This document shows, piece by piece, positions 50,901-62,327 of a stretch of 64,000 bases of DNA (positions within the stretch are counted from its first letter, which is position 1; each line of letters begins with the position of its first letter). The notes under the pieces are model-generated. The model had not been told where the DNA came from and ran no database searches. It saw nothing but the letters and a program-made list of their open reading frames with translations. Origin of the DNA: Eledone cirrhosa (Eukaryota); the NCBI GenBank assembly GCA_964016885.1, contig OZ024740.1, positions 31,558,001-31,622,000 of the forward strand, written 5' to 3'. A program made the position numbers and the translations under genes.

Positions 50901-53900
50901 AAGGTCGGCTTTTATCACCTCATCCCAGGTCATCTTGGGTCTCCCCACTCCGCGGTTTCCATCGACTTCTAGTGCTCTGCACCTTTTTATGCAGCTGTCA
51001 TCCTTCATACGCATCACATGTCCATGAGGAAATGCTTTACTGGTGGATGCCTTTCCTAATGCCATCTCTTTTAATCACCTTTTATGACATACAATAATTC
51101 TATAAACTGGTATACACACATTGCATCATACTCTATGAAGTGTAATACACTATAAACTTCTGTATTATTGGATTGGCCGTATCGTTAGGGGGTCGGACGC
51201 CATGCTTTGCAGCGTGGAGTTACGGCCCTTTACGTTCTGGGTTTAAATCCCGCCGAGGTTAACTTTGCCTTTCATCCTTACAGGGTCGATAAAATAAAGT
51301 ACCAGTAATACACTGGGATAATTGCTTGTCTTGTGCCAAAAGTAGAAACAATTATTGTTTGTTATATATATTTTTATTGTATTAATATTTTAATAGTGCT
51401 ACATCTGTTTTTCAAAGCTGTCATTTGTTGTATATTACTAACAGGATGTATTTAAAATATTGAGAGGAATCCCATTTTAGCTGGGTCTCAGTTATTAACA
51501 CAATGGTACAGAGTGGGACCTGGAGAGGAATGGGCTTCACCAGGTTTTAAATGTCCAAGACATGCTGTATATAAGGACAGAGCCCCTTAGGCTTCATCAA
51601 CAGTTAACCCTTTAACATTTAAACCGACCATATCTGACTATAATTCTCTCACCTCTTTCTGTTCAAACTGGCTGTAACCAGCTGCTCATACTTATGTTAT
51701 GGTATTGTTCTCAAAATAAATAATAACAAAATCTCATAGATTCGATATTATGTACGATAATTATGCAAGGTAAAGTGTTTACCATGAAAATACAATAGTA
51801 AATATAGAGTAATGTAAATGCTAAAGGGTTAGGGGTTCTTTCCTATTTATATTCCTGATATTTCTAAAAGTGGGAATAACTTAGATAATAAAATACTTGA
51901 TCTGATTCTTAATTTATTCACTTCTTCACTTATCTGAATTAATATTTCCCTACTGTTGATTTAGCATTTAATTTGTTTGAAGTCGATAAGATAAGTACTG
52001 TTAGTATAAGATAAAGTAAACAGTAGGATCAGGGGGAACTAGGGATGATCTGTGTTGCCATGAGACAGAAGAAGGGGCTGATGTTTCAGATAATAGCATG
52101 TTACCTGTAACATAACATACTTGTGGATGCAAGTTTACATTCTAGTTTTAGACTTGTCAGTTTTGTTATATATAACATTTTGAATGTAATTATTTTGTCC
52201 TTGTTCTCATGTAAATAGATATCATTAAATTGTAATTTGTTATCTCGGCTGAGGAGGTGCTAGGAGTATTGTTATCTCGGCTGAGGAGGTGCTAGGAGTT
52301 TTCTTTATTGTAACATAAATTGGGGGGGGGGGGGGTCGTGTTAAGTATCTTATGAAATAATTGGTTGAATTTAGTGAAATGTTTAAGATCCTTTTATGAA
52401 CTATATAACTTTCTTAGTGGAAAACTATATTGTTTAAAGTGGTCATTTAACAGAGTCATTAGAGGATCAGTGGATTTCTGCACTCTAAGTTCAAATCCTA
52501 ATGAGGTCTACTATATCTTTCATCCTTTCAGTGTTGATAATGAAAATTCTATCCCAGTGTTGCTACAACCCTCACCCACTCTAGTTGTCACATCCTGTTC
52601 CACTGGATCAAGGGTAGGAAGTGGAGTGGATGTCTGTGTCTGATCATAACTACATGAGCACCTAAAACCATTAGTGAAAGCATGGTATATGCTATTAAGT
52701 TATCCTTAATTGCAAGTGGTGGCCAAAACATATTGTAGAATTCTTTTCCATACGCTGACACGTGTATATGTGTGTGCGTGTGTGTATCTGCATATGCATA
52801 CATTTACATGTATGAGTATATAAATATAAACACACAAACACAGACACACTTACAAAAATACATTCACACAAAGACACATACATTCATACAAACACATACA
52901 TACATTCACAGAAACACATACATACATTCACACAAACTCACACGCATACTCACACGGATCTCAGGAAGCTTAATTAAGAATGTAGGCTTCACATGTAGCA
53001 GCTGTGCTGGGACAGCAAGCAGCAAACAGCCACAGGAAACAAGTACCACCAATCTCTGGGAGGGTTCTGTAGAAACAGTAGACAGCTTCTGCTACCTAGG
53101 TGACCGAATTAGCAGTGGAGGTGGGTGTTCATAAAGTACAATAACTAGGGTAAGAACGGGATGGAAGAAGTTCAGGGAACTACTACCACTGCTAGCTTCA
53201 AAAGGCTTCTCACTCAAAATGAAAGGCAGACTGTATGATGCGTGTATCCGAACAGCGATGTTGCATGGTAGTGAGACCTGGGCGCTGAAGGTGGAAGACT
53301 TACGTAGATTAGAGAGAAACAAAGCCTGCATGCTCCGATGGATGTGTAATAGTAATATGCGCGAACGACAAAGCATAAATGAATTGAGAGAGAGACTGAG
53401 CATAAGAGGAATCAAATGCTGTGTGCAGGAGAGGCGGTTGCGTTGGTATGGACATATGATGCGTATGAAGGATGACAGCTGCATAAAAAGGTGCAGAACA
53501 CTAGAAGTCGATGAAAACCGCGGAGTGGGGAGACCCAAGATGACCTGGGATGAGGTGATAAAAGCCGACCTTACCCAATTACACCTCTCAAAGGCGATGA
53601 CACACGACCGTGACTTCTGGCGTCACGCAGTAATACAGAGTACCCGACCTCCCATGGGTACAAACTGAAGCATATAGACAATATGCCCCCACACCCCCCA
53701 CCGCAAGGTGGTCGTGGAGGTGCCACGGCAAAAAAGCACCCAGCCCACACTGTAAAGTGGACGTGTAGGCGCCACGAAACAAAGCACCCAGCACTCACTG
53801 TAAATGAGGTTGGTGTTAGGAAGGGCATCCAGCTGTAGAAATCAAGCCAAATCAGTTCCTGTATGAGCAAGGCATGGTCAGCCGACCAGACACTTCCCAC

Positions 53901-56900
53901 AACAGGACAACCCATCTAACCCATGCTAGCGTGGAAGAACGGACGTAAAACGGTGATGATGATGATGACGATACATTTACACAAACACACACACACATAC
54001 ACTCACACACAACGTAGCTTTTTCACCATCCCCTTCCTTCCTTTTACACACACATACATTCATGCAGGCAGCAGTCATAAAGAGAGAGGAGTAGTATGAG
54101 ATAGTCAAACTACTCCTCTCTCTTTACATGTTGTACACAGGCAGCAGACATAAAGAGAGAGGAGTAGTATGAGATAGTCAAACTACTCCTCTCTCTTTAC
54201 ATGTTGTACACAGGCAGCAGACATAAAGAGAGAGGAGTAGTATGAGGTAATTAAACTACTCCTCTCTCTTTACATGTTGTACACAGGCAGCAGACATAAA
54301 GAGAGAGGAGTAGTATGAGGTAGTTAAACTACTCCTCTCTCTTTACATGTTGTACACAGGCAGCAGACATAAAGAGAGAGGAGTAGTATGAGATAGTCAA
54401 ACTACTCCTCTCTCTTTACATGTTGTACACAGGCAGCAGTCATAAAGAGAGAGGAGTAGTATGAGGTAGTCAAACTACTCCTCTCTCTTTACATGTTGTA
54501 CACAGGCAGCAGTCATAAAGAGAGAGGAGTAGTATGAGGTAGTCAAACTACTCCTCTCTCTTTACGAGTTGTGACAGAATTGCAGAAATTTAAATATAGA
54601 TGAGCTTTTCTACAAATATTTGCCTTGTGCTTTGTCAAAAGAAATAATCAATAACCTTACAGTTTCAGTAGTAATTGAACTCATATCTCATTGTCCAAGT
54701 ACTTTATGAACAACATGAATTACTTAGATCGTCTGAATAATAATTAAGGATTTTATGACAGCAAAATGTTTTCGTATATAGGCACATCATCATCATCATC
54801 ATCATAATCATCATCATTTGTTGTGTTTGCCATAATTTTGGCAAGGTTTTTGTGACTGGATGCCCTTCCTATCACCAACCACTATACAGCATGGACTAGA
54901 TGTATTATTCATGATCTGGAAGCTAATAGACCCCTTGGCCAGTAACAGATTTAAAGATATTTTACTCAACGCCTACGACAATAAAGAAGAACAGATAGAG
55001 ACATTCAATGTAGAAGAGCACTGGGAGTTCCTAAAAAATAACTTACTAGAGGCGACGGATGAGATCTGTGGCTGGAGTAAGACCACAAGCAGGAGGAGAG
55101 TGACTTGGTGGTGGAACAATAAGGTAGATGAGGCAGTTAAGGCCAAGAGACAGGCATGGAAAGAATGGAAGAATGGGGGAAGCAGGGTACATTACATAGA
55201 GACCAAGAGGGAAGCTAGGCAACAAGTATACTTAGCTAGGAGGGAAACAGAGGATAGAAAATTCAAGCATGTTTTGCAACGTGAGGACCAGAAACAGGAG
55301 GTGTTCAAGATTGCGAGGCAGTGTGTCAGAGAGAATTGTGATGTCATTGGAGAGAAGTGTATCCGGAATGATAAAGGTGAGCTTGCCCTCACAAGTGCTG
55401 AGAAGAAAGATGCATGGAAGAGCCATTATGATAGATTACTAAATGAGGAGAATGCATGGGAAGAAGAGACCCTACTCCAAGTAGACCCTATAGAGGGGCC
55501 AGCAGTACAAGTCAGCAGCAGCGTAGTAAGTAAGGCAATCAAAGATATGAAGATGGGGAAGGCAACCGGTCCATCGGGTATAGCTGCCGAGATGCTGAAG
55601 GCATCTGGGTCTGTAGGTCACACTATAACCACACGTATTGTTAACCAGGTAATACTAGAAGGTGTCATACCAAAAGATTGGTGCATTAGCATCATTGTCA
55701 ACTGCTACAAAGGTAAAGGTGATGCACTAGATAGAGGAAACTATAGAGGTATAAAGCTGATGGACCAGGTCATGAAAGTAACAGAAAGAGTTATAGCACA
55801 GTTGATTAGGGACCGGGTGAAACTAGATGAGATGCAATTTGGGTTTGTACCAGGAAGAGGCACCACTGATGCCCTCTTCCTTGTGAGGCAGTTACAGGAA
55901 AAGTACCTAGCTAAAAGTAAGCCACTCTACCTGGCATTCGTCGATCTCGACAAAGCCTTTGACAGAGTTCCACATGCTATAATCTGGTGGGCTCTTAGAA
56001 AACTAGGAGTAGATGAATGGTTTGTGAAAGCTGTACAAGCCATGTATAGGGGAGCAGTCAGCAAAGTTAGGATTAGCAATGAATATAGCGAGGAATTTAG
56101 CGTACAGGTTGGTGTCCACCAGGGCTCTGTTCTTAGCCCTCTCCTGTTCATCATAGTCCTGCAGGCAATAACGGAGGAGTTTAAGACCGGATGCCCATGG
56201 GAACTCCTATATGCTGATGACCTCGCACTTATAGCTGAATCTATGGTAGAACTAGAGAAGAAATTCCAAACTTGGAAGCAAGGGTCTCAAAGTCAACATG
56301 ACAAAGACTAAGGTCCTTGTAAGTAGACGAAAAAACAGAACCCAGATCCCCTCAGGGAAATGGCCTAACTCAGTATGTAGGAAAGGTGTAGGTAGGAACT
56401 CCATTCTCTGCCCCAAATGCAAACAATGGGTACACAAGAGATGTAGCGGGATCTCAGGAAGCTTAATTAAGAATGTAGGCTTCACATGTAGCAGCTGTGC
56501 TGGGACAGCAAGCAGCAAACAGCCACAGGAAACATGTACCACAAATCTCTGGGAGGGCTCTGTAGAAACAGTAGACAGCTTCTGCTACCTAGGTGACCGA
56601 ATTAGCAGTGGAGGTGGGTGTTCATAAAGTACAATAAGTAGGGTAAGAACGGGATGGAAGAAGTTCAGGGAACTACTGCCACTGCTAGCTTCAAAAGGCT
56701 TCTCCCTCAAAATGAAAGGCAGACTGTATGATGCATGTATCCGAACGGCAATGTTACATGGTAGTGAGACCTGGGCGCTGAAGGTGGAAGACTTACGTAG
56801 ATTAGAAAGAAACGAAGCCTGCATGCTCCGATGGATGTGTAATAGTAATATACACGAACGACAAAGCATAAATGAATTGAGAGAGAGACTGAGCATAAGA

Positions 56901-59900
56901 GGAATCAAATGCTGTGTGCAGTAGAGGCGGATGCATTGGTATGGACATGTGATGCGTATGAAGGATGACAGCTACATAAAAAGGTGCAGAGCACTAGAAG
57001 TCAATGGAAACCGCGGAGTGGGGAGACCCAAGAAGACCTGGGACGAGGTGATGGGGGCCGACCTTACCCAGTTGCACCTCTCAAAGGCAATGACACACGA
57101 CCGTGACCTCTGGCATCATGCAGTAATACAGAGTACCCGACCTCCCATGGGTACAAGCTGAAACATATAGACAAAATGCCCCACACCCTCCCACTGCAAA
57201 GTGGTCGTGGAGGTGCCACGGCAAAAAAGCACCCAGCCCACATTGTAAAGTGGACGTGTAGGCACCACAGAAAAAAGCACTCAGTACTCACTGTAAATGA
57301 GGTTGGTGTTAGGAAGACTGCCTACAACAGGACAACCCGTCTAACCCATGCTAGCATGGAAGAACGGACGTAAAATGGTGATGATGATGATGATGATGAT
57401 GATGCCATCAATACTAGAGAGGTTGTCTTACTGGGCTCAAGAGTCTTCTCCATTTTGTATCAGTTCTTATTTGGAGTGTCTACTCTCCGAGATAGGTTCC
57501 TTAACTATGCCTTATGGAGCCCACGTCTGCCTTATGCAGTCATTTTTAATCAGATTCATTGCCTTCCTAGATGGGTTGCCTTCACTACAGCTTATGGAGT
57601 CCATGTCTGCCCTGTACAGTCATTTTTAATTGAAGTCACTGCTCTCTTCGACGAGCTGCTTTCATTACAGCTACAGGGTCTACGTCTGCCCCAGAGAGTT
57701 GTTTATAATCGGAATTTCTCTCATCGTTGATGATCTGCCATCTCAATAATTTACAGAACACATCATCCACCCTGTGCAATCTTAATCTTACTTTACTCAG
57801 AGCAACTACTCTTCTAGACACTCATCTACACTGGGCAGCAACAGTCTGCAGAGTAACGAATCAACAGGCGGGAAGGTCGTAGAAAAAAAAAGTGGTGTGG
57901 CTACAAGTCCATGTTTGTCAAACATCTATGAACAAGGTGGGATTTCTTTGAGAGGGGTCAGCAAGAGGCTGCTAATGTCAGAAAAATACAGCATATCTAT
58001 GTGATAGCATATTTGAGATAGAAGGGAAGAAAGAAGAGAAGGAAGAGATAGAAAGGAAGGTATAGCCTGCAGTTTGTATAAAGTTGGTATCCAAAAAAAC
58101 ACCTAAGATTTACAAGAAAGGGAACATGCGAGTTCATAAAGTTATTGCCATTCCTAATATTCATTTTACTATTTACAGACTTTCCTAAAATTTATGATGT
58201 CATTATGGTGGACACTCGGACAGAAAACAAAGAGATGGAACATCTCAGAAATACCATTAAAATGGTTATTGATTCGTGAGTAATACCATATTAATTAAAG
58301 GAAGAAACTGTAAGGTGTGAGAGGAAGAGCATTTCAGTATTTACTTCTATACTTCTATATTCTTAGTTCAAATCCTGCAATGGTTGTCTTTGTTATTTAT
58401 CTTTCCAGAGTTGTATACTGGAGTCAGTTCAATTGACTACACTATTTCTTTACATATTAGTAGCCTTCCAATCCTGCCACAGTTGACTTAACTTTCATCC
58501 TTCTGAGGATCAATAAAATAAAATATTGTCAAGAACTAGGATTGATAAGAACTGGTAACTGCCTCAGTCTTCAACTGGAAAATTGTTTAGAAACCACTTG
58601 TTGTTGGTTTATAGTTACTCAAACTAGAATACATTTAAAATTACAATACCTTGATGGAATCAAAGATTTCAAAATGACCACAAGCTCTTATTCTTGCTTT
58701 ATGGAGAGGAAAGATTTATATCCTTGCTGACCTTGAAAATTAAAGTATTAAATTCGATATGTCATTAGACTAAGGAAGTAACAGTGCTGTTACTTCCTTA
58801 GTTTAATGACATATGATAGAGGGTGTTAAAGGTTAAGTGCCTGCAGTTATGTGTAATCTAGTGTAATAGCTTACAGAACACTTTTTATCATACAGTATTG
58901 TTGTGCTGCAATGGTAAGCTTCACCTGTGCTTGGGACTAATTTACTGACAGATTGACTGAGTCAGCAAGAGTAAAGACATGGATGCAACAAGTACATAGC
59001 AGGTGTAAGAACTTGCTGCATATATATTCAGTCCCGTCTAACCCATGCTAGTGTGGAAGAACGGATGTAAAATGGTGATGATGATGATGATGATGATGAT
59101 GATGACAACTGCAATTCTATGGAGCTGATAATGACAATGATAATAAAAATGATGATGATGGACATTCAAGTGAACTTGGTGATAATGTATCATCTTACTT
59201 TTTGCCTTTTCCACAGATATAAAGTGCGTGGAGAACCTGTGATGGGACAAAAAGTTCCAGCTAATTATTTGGTAAATTAATTTTTGGTTTCCATGGTTAA
59301 CCCTTTAGTATTTAAACTGGCTGTATCCAGAATTCTTTCACCTCTTTCTGTTCAAATTGGCCATAACTGACCCCTCATACTGACTTTAAGGTATTGTTCT
59401 CAAAATAAATAATAACAAAATCTCATAGATTCGATATTATGTGAGATAAAGTCTTTACTGTGAAAATACAATAATAAATATAGATTAATGTAAATGCTAA
59501 AGGGTTAAATTGATATGTTCTGGAAAAGAGGCAGTTGTTGTGACAGACGATTCAATACAAATGTAGAATCTGAGCACTGTGGCTGTAACTTTGTCAGTAG
59601 CAACTTGTTGGTGAAACTTCAAAGTCTCAATCACCCAAATTTATATTTCATTTAAATAGAACATACACACACACACACATATATATAAAAAGACTAGAAC
59701 TGTTTTATTCATATGCAACAGCCCCTGCTTCTATGATACAAAGTAGTTTGTTTCAAAATGTTTATATATATCTAAAATACCTCAATCCTAATTTTATATA
59801 AAAGTCTTTAAGTTATGTTCCAAATAGCTGTTTGATAATGATTATTTGAAAATCATAAGCAATGTCTTTCATTAGAAATATAGTCATGAAAAGATTAACT

Positions 59901-62291
59901 CTTTCTAATAAAAAAAAAAAAAACACTGCCTAGGATGTTTTTATTTTCATTGTTACAGAAACTAGGTGAGTTGGTTACAACTACAGCTGCTGTTCTGAAA
60001 AATGACTATCCAGTTCTCAATTATCAAGAAATGATGATGTTACTGAAACAATCTCAGCTCAATATGAGTCAAGAAGAATTTAATCAGGTATAATCATCAT
60101 CATCGTCACCACCATCAGCACCACCATGATCATGTTCACCATCATGTTCACCACCATCACCATCACCATCACCATCATCACCATTAATACCACCACCACT
60201 ATGATCATGATCATGATCATCATCATCATTTTACATCTGCTTTCCATGCTAGCATTGGTTGGACAGGTTGTTACACACCAAGTCAGTTCTTATTCGGAGT
60301 TACTGTCCTTCAAGATGAATTGGCAGACCATGTCATGTTCCTACACTCTAACATTTGGCCTTGTTTCTATGGCTGGATGACCTTCCTAATACCAACTACT
60401 TTACTTGGTGCATTTTATCATGGCAACAGCACTATAGAGGTTGTCAATTTCTCAGCAGAGTCCACTCTGTTACAAGTACTTGGGTCAGGTCTCCAGTTAG
60501 AGGATACACCTCACTCACACCAGTCTTAAAAGCCCTGAAAAGAGCCATGGTCACTGACCCCCCCACCCACCCACCCCCCACCCCCAACCCCCACCACAAG
60601 CAAAACAATAATTTAAAAAAAACCTAATGTAGTACTACTCAATAAGACAGTGCTGCCACTGCTTACAATGAGAATTGAATTTCTTTTTAGTATATACTAG
60701 CAGAATGGCCTGGCGTTGCTCGGGATTTGCTCTAGGGTTCTTATATATTTGATATATATTTATCCTTATCGAGCCTTGTGAAATAAATACGTTTGTTTAT
60801 ATTTTGTTATTGTGTATGCAAAAATATCTGTACACGAATTTATAATTATATATATATATATATAAATTTTTTTATAAGCACAAAATGTAGACACCATCCC
60901 AAGGCCGAGGTATTCCGTACTTTTCTGTACTGTTATATATATATATATAAATGTCTACATTTTGTGCTTATAAAAAAAATTGTCGTAGATTACCAGGGTT
61001 TTTTTCCGTGTGAAGAAAATCAATACTTTATCGCGAAATAATTACTTTTGTTTATATTTTGTTATTGTGTATGCAAAAATATCTGTACACGAATATATAA
61101 TTGTATATATATTAAAATAACAGACTAAAGTTTAAGCAAAGAATCGTTGCTTTCACCCTTAACGGGATCTTCTGAAACTAAAATAAAAAAATCAATCTGT
61201 GAACGCAGAATTAAATATTTCGAAAAACGTTACACACTATATATATATATACACACACTATATATATATAAATATATACACACACACACACACACAGCTA
61301 CGTCATAATGTCATAATGCAGACAGCCAGGCATACAGACAGATATTATAAGGGCACAACATTATATCTATGTATCTATCTAAAAAGAGAAAGACCAAGAG
61401 AGAGAGAGAGATCACTAAATCACCTAATGCGGACCCTAGGGCATTGAAAATTCGAAATTTAATTTGCTCAAAACACTCACAGGATCATGAGTATTACATG
61501 TGTAAAGTTTGAAAACAATCGGTTGGGTGGTTCTCGAGCTTTAGTGATCGGACAGACAGACATTCTCTGTTTTAGATATATAGATATATATGTTGGTACC
61601 ACAACATCCAGTCCGAAACAAATGAGGTCGTGTAGGTGTCACGACAAAAAAACACACAGTCCACGCTGTAATGTGGCCATGTAGGTAACACAATAAAAAC
61701 CTCCCAGTCCACACTGTAAACGTGGTTGGTGTTAGGAAGGGTATCCAGCCGTAGAAAACCCGCCAGACAGTCCTATACGAGCAAGACAACCAATCTTGCC
61801 TCAAGTGGGAAAATTCCCGTCCAAACCCATGCTAGCGTGGAAGATGGACGTTAAACGATGATGATGATGATGATGATGATGATATATTTGCAATAGGTGG
61901 CGAATTGGCAGATAGAGTTGGCGAACGTCGGAAAGAATGCTTTGTAGTATTCATTTCACCTCTCTGTTCTCTGAGTTCAAATCCTACCAAGGCCAACTTT
62001 GCCTTTCATCCATTCAGGGTCAATAAATAAAAGTACCAATGAAGTACTGGGTTGATTCTTCCTCTGTATTTCTTTCTCACTTCCTTTCTCTCACTTTCTC
62101 TATCCTTCCCTGGAAGAAATCTGCTGTATTCAGGCCTGGAGAGGGGATGGGCTCCACCAGGTTTTTAAAAAATGCCCTAGAAATGCCGAATGTTAATATG
62201 ATGCCCCTACAACTCCCTCAGGAGTTATGGGTCCATACCATATATATGCAAGTGTGGAAAAACAATGATGATGATATATAGATAAATGTAC

Positions 62292-62327
<36 letters not shown>

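Noticed and set aside
54065-54565. CRISPR-like array
   Set aside because: The spacers are near-identical rather than unique, there are no cas genes, and the context is a eukaryotic intron.
60088-60230. (CAT/CAC)n after exon S as a second poly-His read-through
   Set aside because: An in-frame TAA follows the donor immediately (GTA TAA).
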